The position numbers were made by a program, and so were the translations under genes. From an uncultured Gemmatimonadales bacterium (GTDB taxonomy: Bacteria; Gemmatimonadota; Gemmatimonadetes; Gemmatimonadales; GWC2-71-9), in contig CAWJIM010000001.1 in assembly GCA_963842945.1 (NCBI GenBank), positions 1 to 64,000 on the forward strand: a DNA stretch of 64,000 bases, given 5' to 3'. This document shows, piece by piece, positions 34,240 to 44,794 of this stretch (position 1 is the stretch's first letter; every line of letters begins with the position of its first letter). The notes under the pieces were generated by a model. It did not search any database. It was not told the origin of the DNA and saw only the letters and a program-made list of their open reading frames with translations.

Positions 34240-36694
34240 TTGTCCCGCCGCCGTCGGCGGCTCGCAGCCGCCCTCGGAGCGCTGGTCGCGCTGTTGTTCC
34301 TGGGTCGCTGGACCGCCACCCTCCTGGCCGATCACTGGTGGGCGGCTCAGCTCTCTCCCGCCGCCGCGTCATTCATCCTCGACTGGCACCTTCTGCGTTT
34401 CACCCTCGACCTCTGCGGATGCCTGATGGCGTCCGCCTGGTTCATTGGGCACCTGCTGCTGGTCTACCGAGCCGTGGGCACCGTCCAGGTCAGGCGGAAC
34501 GTGGCGAATCTCGAGTTTCGGGAGGCCCTCACCCCTCGGGCGTTGCTGACGGTGGTCGTTGTCACGGGCGTGCTCCTGGGCATGGTGGTCGGGGTGGGAG
34601 CCTCCCGCTGGTGGCGCGATGTCGCTCTGGCCTGGCAAGGTGTCACCTACGGAGTCAATGATCCGCTCGCCGGACGGGACCTGGGTGTCTATGTAGCGCA
34701 GCTGCCGGTCTGGCGTGCGGCCCACGGCTTTTTTCTCCTGCTCGTCCTGCTGGCCCTGACCGGCGCCGCCGCGCTCTACATGTTGGTGGGTGCCATTCGC
34801 TGGATCGAACGGCGGCCGGCCATCAATCACCACGCGCGGGCCCACCTGGGGTGGGTACTGGCTGCGCTCGCCCTGGCGCTGGCGTGGGGATACCTGTTGG
34901 AGCCGTACGAGCTGCTGGCCCGCCCGCCCGAACTACTCGACCAGGCAACCTGGCGAGCCACCGCAAACGTCTCCCCGGTTCTGGCCGGTATCGCTCTGGC
35001 GGCAGGTGGCATCTCCGCGCTCTGGGCAGCGCGGCCGCGGCATGCCCTGGTCCTGTCCGCCTGGATCGTTCTGGGTGCATCCTCGGTCGTGACGCACTGG
35101 TTGCTGCCTTCCATGCTGACGGGAACCGGAGAGCCGGCGGTGGACAATGCGTCCCTCGAGCAGCTTTCCCGGGTAGCCTACGGGCTGGAGCAGCTGCGAA
35201 TCACCCCGCTGGAGCCCATCGGGCCGCCATCTCCACCGGCGGTGCCCTCCCTCTGGAATGCGGCGGCGTTGGCCCGGGCACTGCCCGGCGATTCCGGCCA
35301 CCTCGTTACGGTAAATCCCGCGTTGCTGACGCCAGGTGGGAAGCGGCGACCAGCATGGCTGATGGTTCGCTCGAGCGCGGGTGGGCGCATTGCGGTAGCT
35401 GGCCGTAGCGGATCAGCAGGTCAGCCCAGAGGGAGAGCCGTTGTTCTTGCGGCTGGGAGATACCCTGGCGCGGCCGGTTCCCACAACGCTGTTCGACTTG
35501 CCTCCCGATGTGCTTGCCCCCGATGCGCCTGCGTATCGCGTGGTGCAGGGAGACGCTCCGGGTGTCAGGGTAGGCTCCTGGCCTCGGCGTCTGGCACTCG
35601 CCTGGGCCCTCCAGGCGGGCGACTTGTTGGGCGACCTGCCTTCGGCCAGCCGGGTTGACTGGCGGCTCTCACCGGAGGAGCGGCTGAACCGGCTGGTTCC
35701 CTTTGCCGACTGGAGCGCGCCGGTAGCTCGAGTAGTAGATGGAGAGCTGGTTTGGCTGCTGGATGGCTATGTGACATCGGGCACCTTCCCGCTCACGCCG
35801 CGCACCAATTGGCGCGAGCGGAGAGTTGGATCGGTCAACGCATCGTTTCTCGCTACCGTCAACGCCGAAAGCGGGACCGTGCGGATTTACCTTCAGCCCC
35901 GCACCGATCCGACCGCTGCAGCCTGGAGTCGGGTCTCCCACGGTCTGGTCGAGCCGGCCTCAGCCATTCCGGAGTCGGTTCTGGGCGGCGCGGGCTATCC
36001 CGCCGACTGGTTCAGGATTCAGACTCAGCAGCTGGAACGTGCGCCCTGGAAGCTGGGCGCGATCAACTCGGTCTCAGAGCAGCGCTCGCTCGAACAGGTG
36101 CCGGCTCAGCTCGGCTGGGCCCCGGACACATCTGGGCCGGTGCTGACGGCCACGTTTGAAGCCCCGGGTGAGCGCCGGCTGGGCGGAGTCTTGACCGGGT
36201 CCCGCGACGCGGGCCGTCTGCGCCTTGCGTTGACCCGGCTGGACTCGGCGGCCACCCTCCCAGTGCGCGACATCCTGCAGAGCCGCTGGGCGCGGTTTCC
36301 TTCTTACAACGCGCTGAGTGACTCGATTCAGGAAGATGGCGGGAAGCTCGAGCGGGGACCGCTCAAGGTGGAAGTCGGACCTGGAGGCCCGTTCGCCTAC
36401 CAGGGCTATTTTGGGCTGCGTCCCTCGGGAGGAACCGTCCTCGCCTGGGTGAGCGTTGCTGCCCCCGATCGCCTCGGTGCGGGACGAACGTTGAAGGAGG
36501 CCTGGAGTAATCTGCTGGGCACCACGGTACCGGCGCCGCCGGGCTCCGCTCAAACCGGACGGCTGGCTGAAGCGCGGCGCTGGATGCTGCAGGCAGATTC
36601 CGCACTCCACGCCGGCGACTGGTCGGAGTTCGGCCGAGCGTGGAGCAGCCTGCGAAATGTGCTCGGACTACCGCAGGACTCGGCGCGATTTTGA
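34240..36694 (+). CDS. UPF0182-family membrane protein, frameshift near 35400
   Basis: N-terminal TMs, DPLAGRDLGVYVAQLP, PFAD.., VVDGELVWLLDGY, VNAESG.V.IY, YPADWFRIQ and terminal AL..GDW..FG. Confidence 0.75.
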
Positions 36695-36697
36695 AAC

Positions 36698-36726
36698 TTG
36701 CTCGCCGCTGGAGCGGGGACTAGCTT
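36698..36726 (+). promoter_or_regulatory. Possible sigma70 promoter for arcC-sucCD-ndk
   Basis: TTGCTC-N17-TAGCTT. Confidence 0.4.
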
Positions 36727-36738
36727 GGAGGGCTTTTT

Positions 36739-37680
36739 TTGCCGACTGCGGTGCTAGCATTGGGCGGCAACGCGTTGGCCCGTTCCGACGAACCGGCAAC
36801 GGTCACCAACCAGTTCCGCCATGCCCGAGAGAGCGTAGCTCCCATTGTGGAGCTTGCCCGGCAGGGTTGGCAGATCGTCATCGTGCATGGCAACGGGCCT
36901 CAGGTGGGAGACGAGTTGGTCCGCAACGAAGCGGCGCGAAAGGTGGCGGAGCCGTTGCCGCTCGGCGTGCTGGTGGCGGAAACAGCGGGCTGGATCGGGT
37001 ATATGCTGCAGCAGTCGCTGCAGAACGCCCTCGCATCGGCCCGGGTTCAGCGCCAAGTTGTCACCGTGATCACCCAAACACTGGTCGACCGGTACGATCC
37101 TGCCCTGAATCAACCCACCAAACCCATCGGCCACCCGCTGTCTTCCCATGAAGCAGCCCGATTGCGCGAGGCAGGGCGAGCGGTTGGCAAGGATGGGGCG
37201 GGGGACTTGCGCCGGATGGCCACCAGCCCGGTACCGATTGGTGTGGTAGAGTTCCCCATCATTCAGCGGTTACTGAGTGAGGGGGTGGTGGTAGTGGCGG
37301 CAGGCGGCGGTGGTCCTCCTGTGTACCAGGATCCACTTCTCGGCCTGGAGGGGCTCGACGCCGTGGTGGACAAAGACCGGGTGTCTTCGATTCTGGGCAC
37401 TCAGCTCAATGCCGAGGTCTTGATGATTCTGACCAACGTAGATGCCGTGTTCCAGGGCTGGGGCACGCCGGCCGCGCGTCCAATCCGCCGGATGACGGTT
37501 GAGGATGCTGACAGCATGATCGCCGGAGGCTCGCTGGACGCCGGCGGCATGAAGCCCAAAGTGGAAGCCGCTGCGGGGTTCGTTCGCCGCGGTGGCCGCC
37601 GTGCGATCATTGCCCGTCTCTCGCAAGGTCCAGCAGCACTCCGGGGTGAAACCGGAACTACCATCATGGCCGCATCGTGA
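36739..37680 (+). CDS. arcC: Carbamate kinase
   Basis: LALGGNAL, HGNGPQVG, PTKPIG, GGGGPPV, AVVDKD, GMKPKVEAA and GETGT. Confidence 0.92.
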   Translation: MPTAVLALGGNALARSDEPATVTNQFRHARESVAPIVELARQGWQIVIVHGNGPQVGDELVRNEAARKVAEPLPLGVLVAETAGWIGYMLQQSLQNALASARVQRQVVTVITQTLVDRYDPALNQPTKPIGHPLSSHEAARLREAGRAVGKDGAGDLRRMATSPVPIGVVEFPIIQRLLSEGVVVVAAGGGGPPVYQDPLLGLEGLDAVVDKDRVSSILGTQLNAEVLMILTNVDAVFQGWGTPAARPIRRMTVEDADSMIAGGSLDAGGMKPKVEAAAGFVRRGGRRAIIARLSQGPAALRGETGTTIMAAS

Positions 37681-38816
37681 ATCTCCACGAATATCAGGCG
37701 CGGACCCTGCTCAAGGCCGCAGGCATACCGACGCTGGACGGCGATGTCGCCTCCACACCCACTGAGGCCGAATCGATTGCCCGGCGGCTCGGCGGCAAGG
37801 TGGTAATCAAGGCACAGGTGCATGCCGGCGGCCGGGGCAAGGCGGGAGGGGTCAAGCTGGCCGGGAATGCAGGCGAGGCACTCGATCACGCGACCCAAAT
37901 CCTGGGCATGGAGATCAAGGGGCTCACCGTACACAAAGTCCTGGTGGTGCCCGCGGCGGAAATCGCGAGCGAGAGCTACCTGGGACTGATCATGGACCGG
38001 GAGAGCCAGCGTCCGGTATTCATGGTCAGCTCCGCTGGTGGGGTGGACATCGAGGAGGTGGCCGCCAAGACGCCGGAAAAGATTGTGCGACTCCCCGTCG
38101 ATCCTACCTACGGCCTGCTGCCGCACCAGGCTCTGGCGCTCGGGTTTGCCCTGTATCGCGACTTCAACCAGGTCAAGGCGGCTGCCCGGATCGTGGAGCA
38201 GCTCTACGCTGTCTTTACAGCCAACGGCTGTTCGCTGGCCGAGATCAATCCGCTGGTCACCACACCAGCCGGCCAGGTTCTGGCACTCGACGCCAAGATC
38301 GTGATCGACGACAACGAGCTGTTCTGGCGGCCGGATCTTGGCCTGCTCCGAGACGACACGGCGGAGGAGCCGAGCGAGGCCGCCGCGCGCCGGGCCAATC
38401 TGTCGTTCATCAAGCTTGAAGGGGACGTCGGGTGCGTGGTGAATGGCGCCGGACTGGCCATGGCCACCATGGATCTGGTGAAGTACTACGGAGGCGAGCC
38501 GGCCAACTTTCTGGACATCGGAGGCAGCTCCAGCCCGGACAAAGTGATCAACGCGCTCAAGATCATCACCGCCGATCCGAGGGTAAAGGCAATCCTGTTC
38601 AACATCTTCGGCGGCATCACCCGGACCGACGATGTCGCCAACGGCATCGTTGCCGCCACCCGGCAGTTCAAGGTGAAGGTGCCCATCGTCATCCGGCTCA
38701 CCGGGACCAACGAGGCGGAGGCCTTTCGGATTCTGGAGGGCGTGGGCATGACCGCTCTGAGCGATATGGACGAAGCAGTACAGCGTGTCGTACAGCTGGC
38801 GCGGAAGGCAGCATGA
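37677..38816 (+). CDS. sucC: Succinyl-CoA ligase beta subunit
   Basis: [32 protein letters not shown] and NIFGGI. Confidence 0.96.
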   Translation: MNLHEYQARTLLKAAGIPTLDGDVASTPTEAESIARRLGGKVVIKAQVHAGGRGKAGGVKLAGNAGEALDHATQILGMEIKGLTVHKVLVVPAAEIASESYLGLIMDRESQRPVFMVSSAGGVDIEEVAAKTPEKIVRLPVDPTYGLLPHQALALGFALYRDFNQVKAAARIVEQLYAVFTANGCSLAEINPLVTTPAGQVLALDAKIVIDDNELFWRPDLGLLRDDTAEEPSEAAARRANLSFIKLEGDVGCVVNGAGLAMATMDLVKYYGGEPANFLDIGGSSSPDKVINALKIITADPRVKAILFNIFGGITRTDDVANGIVAATRQFKVKVPIVIRLTGTNEAEAFRILEGVGMTALSDMDEAVQRVVQLARKAA

Positions 38817-39700
38817 GCATCTTCGTCGACCGGAATACCCGGCTGGTGGTGCAGGGAATCACGGGTCGCGAGGGCGCGTTTCATGCCCGGCAGATGCTCG
38901 AGTATGGCACGGCGGTAGTTGCGGGAGTGACCCCAGGAAAGGGGGGTCAGAAATTCGAGAATCGCGTGCCCGTCTTCAATACCGTCGCAGACGCAGTGGC
39001 GGAGACGCGCGCCAACTGCGCCATCATCTACGTGCCGCCGATGGCCGCCGCTGGCGCCATCTTCGAGGCGGTTGATGCCGGTATTCCTCTGGTGGTGTGC
39101 ATCACCGAGGGCATTCCCGTCCTGCACATGAGCCGGGTAATGCCCTTTGTTCGGAGCCGGGGAGCTCGGTTGATAGGCCCTAACTGTCCTGGATTGATAA
39201 CCCCCGGCGAAAGCAAAGTGGGAATCATCCCCGGCAACATCTGCGCTCCCGGTCGAGTTGGCCTGGTGTCGCGCAGCGGGACTCTCACCTATGAGGTCGT
39301 CAATCAGCTGACCCGCAATGGCGTCGGCCAGAGCACCTGCGTTGGTATTGGAGGCGATCCCATCATCGGGACCAACTTCATCGATTGTCTCGCGGCCTTC
39401 CAGGATGATCCCGCTACCGAAGCCATCGTCATGATCGGAGAAATCGGCGGCACCGACGAACAGCAGGCGGCGGCGTTCGTGAAGGAGCGGGTCACCAAGC
39501 CCGTGATCGGCTTCATTGCCGGGCAGACGGCGCCGAAGGGCCGGCGGATGGGACATGCCGGTGCCATCATCTCGGGATCTTCCGGGACCGCCGAGGAGAA
39601 ATTGGCCGCGTTCGAGCGAGCGGGAATTGATATCATGCGCCGGCCGGTTGATGTCGTAGCCCTTCTGGAAAAGCGGCTAGGCGCCCTGAGCAAGTCATGA
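38813..39700 (+). CDS. sucD: Succinyl-CoA ligase alpha subunit
   Basis: [21 protein letters not shown] and RMGHAGAI. Confidence 0.96.
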   Translation: MSIFVDRNTRLVVQGITGREGAFHARQMLEYGTAVVAGVTPGKGGQKFENRVPVFNTVADAVAETRANCAIIYVPPMAAAGAIFEAVDAGIPLVVCITEGIPVLHMSRVMPFVRSRGARLIGPNCPGLITPGESKVGIIPGNICAPGRVGLVSRSGTLTYEVVNQLTRNGVGQSTCVGIGGDPIIGTNFIDCLAAFQDDPATEAIVMIGEIGGTDEQQAAAFVKERVTKPVIGFIAGQTAPKGRRMGHAGAIISGSSGTAEEKLAAFERAGIDIMRRPVDVVALLEKRLGALSKS

Positions 39701-39710
39701 AGGAGGAGTC

Positions 39711-40142
39711 GTGGCAGCTACCCTGACGCTCGGCATCATCAAACCGGACGCGGTCGCCGGCGGTAAAACCGGAGCCATCCTGGCCCATCTTCAGCAAGCC
39801 GGATTCACTCCGCGCGCCGCTCGTCTGGTTCGGCTGACCCGGCCGGAAGCGGGGGCATTCTACGCGGTGCACCGCGGCCGCCCCTTCTACGACGAGCTGG
39901 TCGAGTTCATGACCAGCGGGCCCTGTTTGCCGATGGCGCTCGAGCGCGACAACGCCGTCGCCCAGCTGCGGACAGTCATCGGTGCCACCGACCCGGCTGA
40001 AGCGGCGCCAGGGACCATCCGCAAGCTGTTCGCTGAATCCAAGGGCAAGAACGCCATCCACGCATCGGACAGTCCGGAGAATGCGGCCCGCGAGGTGGCG
40101 TTTTTCTTCAGTGAGGGGGAGCTGGCCGGACTCTGGGGTTGA
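39711..40142 (+). CDS. ndk: Nucleoside diphosphate kinase
   Basis: IIKPD, FMTSGP, GATDP and NAIHASDS. Confidence 0.96.
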   Translation: MAATLTLGIIKPDAVAGGKTGAILAHLQQAGFTPRAARLVRLTRPEAGAFYAVHRGRPFYDELVEFMTSGPCLPMALERDNAVAQLRTVIGATDPAEAAPGTIRKLFAESKGKNAIHASDSPENAAREVAFFFSEGELAGLWG

Positions 40143-40146
40143 AGCG

Positions 40147-40175
40147 TTGACCCAAGTTGTTGTGGCTGCTACTTT
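40147..40175 (+). promoter_or_regulatory. sigma70 promoter of the yceD-rpmF-fab operon, probably leaderless
   Basis: TTGACC-N17-TACTTT; ATG 8 nt downstream with no SD. Confidence 0.65.
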
Positions 40176-40183
40176 AAGCGGCT

Positions 40184-40660
40184 ATGCTGCGAGTGGACAT
40201 CCGGGACCTTCAGCGCGCCCCGATACGGACGGTGGGGGAACTTTTGCCCGACGATCCCGCCTTCCAAGGCTTGGATCTGGATTTGGGCGGACCGGTGTCG
40301 GTCACGGGGCAGCTGCAAGCCACAGGCCCGGAAGAATTTCTGTGGCGGGGGAAGATTCAAGGCACCATGCAGGGAGAGTGTCGCCGTTGTCTCGCTGAAG
40401 TCGAGGCCCCTGTCGTCATCGATGTAGATGCCGCGGTCTTCAGCTCCGATCCAGAAGCGGTCGACGATCCCGATTTCTACCCTCTTCCGGAACGGGCCTC
40501 ACACATCGATGTGCGCGATGTGGTGCGGGAGGAATTAGTGCTCGCGGCACCCGCCCGCCTGTTACTCTGCCGCGACGACTGTGCCGGCCTCTGTCTCAGC
40601 TGCGGAGCCGATCTGAACGCGGGACCCTGCGGTTGTTCCGCGCCCGCCGAACCTGTCTGA
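40184..40660 (+). CDS. yceD: DUF177/YceD family protein
   Basis: ECRRCL and [20 protein letters not shown]; conserved position before rpmF. Confidence 0.9.
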   Translation: MLRVDIRDLQRAPIRTVGELLPDDPAFQGLDLDLGGPVSVTGQLQATGPEEFLWRGKIQGTMQGECRRCLAEVEAPVVIDVDAAVFSSDPEAVDDPDFYPLPERASHIDVRDVVREELVLAAPARLLLCRDDCAGLCLSCGADLNAGPCGCSAPAEPV

Positions 40661-40667
40661 GGTAATC

Positions 40668-40850
40668 ATGGCCGTTCCCAAGCGTCGAATGTCCAAGTCC
40701 CGCAAGCGTCTGCGGCGGGGCCATCACACCGCCGCAGGACCTCGCACCCAGGCGTGTCCCCGCTGCGGCTCTCCCAAGCTGTCCCACCGGGTCTGCGATT
40801 CCTGCGGATATTACCGGGGCAAGAAGCAGGTCGAGGTCGAGGACGTCTGA
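40668..40850 (+). CDS. rpmF: 50S ribosomal protein L32 (Zn-binding type)
   Basis: [10 protein letters not shown] and [14 protein letters not shown]. Confidence 0.97.
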   Translation: MAVPKRRMSKSRKRLRRGHHTAAGPRTQACPRCGSPKLSHRVCDSCGYYRGKKQVEVEDV

Positions 40851-40852
40851 GC

Positions 40853-41866
40853 GTGATCCGCATCGCGGTAGACGCTATGGGGGGCGACACCGCCCCGCAG
40901 GCGGAAATCGCCGGTGCCCTGCAGGCCCTGAAGTCCCTGCCCGACGGATTTCTCATCCAGCTGGTGGGCCGTTCTGAGGCCATCAATTCAGAACTAGCCA
41001 AGTATCCCGACGCCGACCGCAGCCGCCTCGAGATCCACGAGGCGGCTGAGGTTATTGGCATGGCCGAGAAGCCGCTCGCTGCGGTGCGGAGCAAGCGGAA
41101 ATCCAGCATCGTCGTCGGATTGGGATTGCAGAAGGCCGGAGCCTCGGACGCCTTCGTCTCCGCCGGGAACACCGGGGCGCTCCTGGCCGCCTCCACCCTG
41201 TTACTGGGGCTGCACGATGGCGTCGAGCGGGCCACCGTCGCCACCCTGTTCCCCACCGCCAACCAGCCGGTTCTCGTGCTCGACGGCGGGGCCAACGTGG
41301 ACTGCTCGCCCCGGGAGCTGGTCGGCTTTGCCTACCTTGGCAGCGTGTACATGCGCGACGTATTGCGCCGCCCCAGTCCCACGGTTGGGCTGCTCAACGT
41401 GGGCGAGGAGGAGGAGAAGGGGAACGCCATCAGCCGCGAGGCCAACAGTCTCCTGCGCCGCAGTCCGCGGCTGCACTATATCGGCAACATCGAGGGGCGT
41501 GACATCGTCGCCGGACACCATAAGTTCGGGGTGGTGGACGTCGTGGTGTGCGACGGGTTCGTGGGCAATGTGATCCTCAAGTTCTACGAGTCTGTGGCGC
41601 ATCTGTTCGTCAACCTGATCAAGGAGCGCGCTCCCGACGTTCTCGGCCGGCCGGAGATCAAGGAACTATTTCGCATCCTCGATTATTCCGAGTACGGTGG
41701 CGCCCCGCTGCTCGGGGTAAAAGGTATTTCCATCATCTGTCACGGAGCTTCCACCGCAAATGCCATCAAGAACGCCATTCGGGTGGCGGTCCAATCGGTC
41801 GAGGTAGATCTGAGCCGGCACATCGGGGCGGAGTTCGCCCAGCTCGAAGCAGGGGCAACGGCGTGA
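40853..41866 (+). CDS. plsX: Phosphate acyltransferase
   Basis: IAVDAMGGD, SAGNTGA, LLNVGEE, GNIEG, CDGFVGN and GGAPLLG. Confidence 0.96.
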   Translation: MIRIAVDAMGGDTAPQAEIAGALQALKSLPDGFLIQLVGRSEAINSELAKYPDADRSRLEIHEAAEVIGMAEKPLAAVRSKRKSSIVVGLGLQKAGASDAFVSAGNTGALLAASTLLLGLHDGVERATVATLFPTANQPVLVLDGGANVDCSPRELVGFAYLGSVYMRDVLRRPSPTVGLLNVGEEEEKGNAISREANSLLRRSPRLHYIGNIEGRDIVAGHHKFGVVDVVVCDGFVGNVILKFYESVAHLFVNLIKERAPDVLGRPEIKELFRILDYSEYGGAPLLGVKGISIICHGASTANAIKNAIRVAVQSVEVDLSRHIGAEFAQLEAGATA

Positions 41867-42858
41867 GCCGGCGGCCCATTGCTGAAATGGTCAGCGTCGG
41901 GGTGGCCGTCCCGCCGGGCGTGCTGACCAACGCCGATCTCACCCGCATGCTCGACACCTCGGACCAGTGGATCGTGGAGCGCACCGGCATCCGGGAGCGC
42001 CATATTGCGCGGCCGGATCAGTCCGTGGCCATGCTGAGCTGTGAGGCCAGCGTCAAGGCGCTGGATCAGGCCGGTCTCACTCCGCAGGACATCGATGCGA
42101 TCGTGCTTGCCACCGCCACGCCCGATCGTCTGCTGCCCTCGACTGCCTGCGACTTGCAGGCCCTGTTGGGTGCCGACCGGGCCGCGGCCTTCGACATCTC
42201 CGCGGCCTGTCCCGGCTTTCTGTACGCGACGGCGGTGGCCGAGGGAATGATTGCGGCGGGGCAGAGCGAGGTCGTGCTCGTGGTCGGCGCCGAGAAACTC
42301 TCCACCATAACCGACTTCAAGGACCGCTCGACCGCCATTCTCTTCGGAGACGGTGCCGGCGCCGCGGTGCTTCGGCGCGCCAGCGGCCAGAACGGCCGGG
42401 GCATTCTGTCCACATTTCTGAAGTCCGATGGAAAACTCGCGCCGTTGCTGTACATCCCCGGCGGTGGCGCAGCTGACCCGATCAGCGAAAAGGTGGTCTG
42501 CGAGCGGTCGCACTACATGAAGATGGCCGGCCGGGAGGTGTTCAAGGCCGCGGTGCTGACTATGGCGGAGGCATGCGACGAGGCGCTGCGGCGGGCCGGC
42601 GTGACTGCCGACGAGGTGGACCTCCTCATCCCGCATCAGGCCAACGTTCGCATCATCGAGGCAACAGCCAAGCATGCCGGGATGCCGATGGACAAGGTGA
42701 TGGTAAATGTCGACCGCTACGGTAACACCTCATCCGCCTCGATTCCCCTCGCGCTGGATCAGGCCATTAACGAAGGACGGGTGAAGCCGGGGTCCCTCCT
42801 TCTGTTGGTAGCATTCGGCGCCGGGTTTACCTGGGGCAGCGCCGTCATCCGGTGGTGA
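41863..42858 (+). CDS. fabH: Beta-ketoacyl-ACP synthase III
   Basis: DTSDQWI..RTGI, AAC, PHQAN and YGNTS. Confidence 0.96.
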   Translation: MSRRPIAEMVSVGVAVPPGVLTNADLTRMLDTSDQWIVERTGIRERHIARPDQSVAMLSCEASVKALDQAGLTPQDIDAIVLATATPDRLLPSTACDLQALLGADRAAAFDISAACPGFLYATAVAEGMIAAGQSEVVLVVGAEKLSTITDFKDRSTAILFGDGAGAAVLRRASGQNGRGILSTFLKSDGKLAPLLYIPGGGAADPISEKVVCERSHYMKMAGREVFKAAVLTMAEACDEALRRAGVTADEVDLLIPHQANVRIIEATAKHAGMPMDKVMVNVDRYGNTSSASIPLALDQAINEGRVKPGSLLLLVAFGAGFTWGSAVIRW

Positions 42859-43778
42859 CGGTCCTGATGTGTCCGGGCCAGGGGGCACAGCGCGTCGGGA
42901 TGGGGAAGGACCTGGCGGAACGGTTTCCGGCCGCGCGGGAAACCTTCTCCGCCATAGACGACGCGCTCGATACCAAGCTCTCCCGGATGATGTGGCAGGG
43001 ACCCGAGGACGAGCTGACTCTCACCCACAACGCACAGCCCGCAATTCTCGCCCACTCCATAGCGGTGCTCTCGGTTGTTGCCAGTCGGCTCACCGGCCTT
43101 GGTGCGGCAGCGGGGCACAGCCTCGGTGAGTACAGTGCCCACGTCGCCGCGGGCACGCTGAGCCCGGTGGATGCCGCCCGCCTGGTTCGGCGAAGAGGCG
43201 AGCTGATGTTCGCGGCCGGACAGCAGCGGCCCGGCGCCATGGCGGCCGTGCTCGGTCTGGCCACTGCCGAGGTGCAGAGTGCCTGCGACGAGTCCTCGGG
43301 ACCCGACGGCATTGCGGTCCCGGCCAACCTGAACGCGCCAGATCAGACTGTGATCTCGGGTGATCCTGCTGGGGTGGACCGGGCCGGCGAGCAATGCAAG
43401 GCGCGGGGCGCCAAGCGGGTCATTCCACTCAAGGTGAGTGGTGCGTTTCATTCTCCCCTGATGGCGCCGGCGGTGGACGGACTGCGCGAGGCACTGTCAG
43501 AGGCGACCTTTGCCGATCCGTTGTTTCCCGTCATCGCCAATGCCAGTGGCTACGCGGTACGGACGGGGGTGGACGCCAAGCGCCTATTGGCGGATCAACT
43601 GACGGCGCCGGTGCGCTGGGTGGCCTGCATGCAGGCCGCTGCCGAACTGGCACCTGGAGCAATCTTCGTCGAGATCGGCCCCGGCAATGTGCTGTCCGGC
43701 TTGTTGAAGCGAATCGTGCCGGGGGCCAAGGCCGTGACTTTGGGCACCGCCGACGAGGTCGAGCGGTTTCTTCAGTGA
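42852..43778 (+). CDS. fabD: Malonyl-CoA:ACP transacylase
   Basis: PGQGAQ, GHSLGEY and VSGAFHS. Confidence 0.96.
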   Translation: MVTVLMCPGQGAQRVGMGKDLAERFPAARETFSAIDDALDTKLSRMMWQGPEDELTLTHNAQPAILAHSIAVLSVVASRLTGLGAAAGHSLGEYSAHVAAGTLSPVDAARLVRRRGELMFAAGQQRPGAMAAVLGLATAEVQSACDESSGPDGIAVPANLNAPDQTVISGDPAGVDRAGEQCKARGAKRVIPLKVSGAFHSPLMAPAVDGLREALSEATFADPLFPVIANASGYAVRTGVDAKRLLADQLTAPVRWVACMQAAAELAPGAIFVEIGPGNVLSGLLKRIVPGAKAVTLGTADEVERFLQ

Positions 43779-44521
43779 TGGCTCACAGCATCGATCTCAG
43801 CGGCAAGACGGCATTCGTCACCGGCAGTACCCGTGGCATAGGCCTGGCCATTGCCCAGACTCTCTACGCTGCCGGCGCCAAGGTCGCCGTGGTGGGGCGC
43901 GATGCCGCGCGGGCACGGGAGGTGGCGTCGTCTCTGGGTAGTCGAGCCACCGGGGTGGCCTGTGACGTTGCCCAGGAGGATCAGGTGGTGGCGGCGGTGT
44001 CTGCCGCCGAAGCTGCCCTGGGCGCGGTGGATGTTCTGGTGAACAATGCCGGGCTCACCCGCGACAACATTCTCCTCCGGCTGACCGACCAGGACTGGGA
44101 TGCGGTGCTCGACGCCAACCTGAAAGGGGCGTTCCACACCACCCGCGCGGTCATCAAGGGAATGATGAAGCGGCGAGCCGGGCGCATCATCAACATGAGC
44201 AGCATCGTCGGCCTGACCGGCAACAAAGGACAGGCCAATTATGCGGCCAGCAAGGCGGGGCTGATCGGCTTCACCAAAAGTGTCGCGAAGGAGTACGCCA
44301 GCCGCAACATTCTGGTCAACTGCATTGCGCCGGGATTTATTGAGACCGACATGACCGCCTCCTTGCCCGATACAGCCCGAGCCACATTATTAGAGCAGAT
44401 CGCGCTGGGCCGATTGGGCCGGCCGGAGGATGTCGCGGGCACGGTGTTGTTTCTCGCCTCGGATTTGGCGGGCTACATCACCGGACAGGTGCTGGTGGTC
44501 GATGGTGGCATGGTAATCTGA
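43778..44521 (+). CDS. fabG: 3-oxoacyl-ACP reductase
   Basis: [16 protein letters not shown] and NYAASK. Confidence 0.96.
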   Translation: MAHSIDLSGKTAFVTGSTRGIGLAIAQTLYAAGAKVAVVGRDAARAREVASSLGSRATGVACDVAQEDQVVAAVSAAEAALGAVDVLVNNAGLTRDNILLRLTDQDWDAVLDANLKGAFHTTRAVIKGMMKRRAGRIINMSSIVGLTGNKGQANYAASKAGLIGFTKSVAKEYASRNILVNCIAPGFIETDMTASLPDTARATLLEQIALGRLGRPEDVAGTVLFLASDLAGYITGQVLVVDGGMVI

Positions 44522-44552
44522 GACGGACCGTAATCCTTTAATCGAGGGTGAC

Positions 44553-44792
44553 ATGAGCAACGTGGAAGAGAAGGTCAAGGATATCATCGTCGAAGAACTC
44601 GGCGTCGAGCGGGAGAAGCTGACCAGCGATGCGAGCTTCATGGAAGATCTCGGAGCGGACAGCCTCGACACGGTCGAGCTGGTGATGGCGTTCGAGAAAG
44701 AGTTCGACATTGATATCCCCGACGAGGAGGCGGAGAAGCTCCGCACGGTCGGCGATGCCATGTCTTACCTGCACGAAAAGATCGGGAAATAG
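44553..44792 (+). CDS. acpP: Acyl carrier protein
   Basis: [12 protein letters not shown]. Confidence 0.97.
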   Translation: MSNVEEKVKDIIVEELGVEREKLTSDASFMEDLGADSLDTVELVMAFEKEFDIDIPDEEAEKLRTVGDAMSYLHEKIGK

Positions 44793-44794
44793 TC

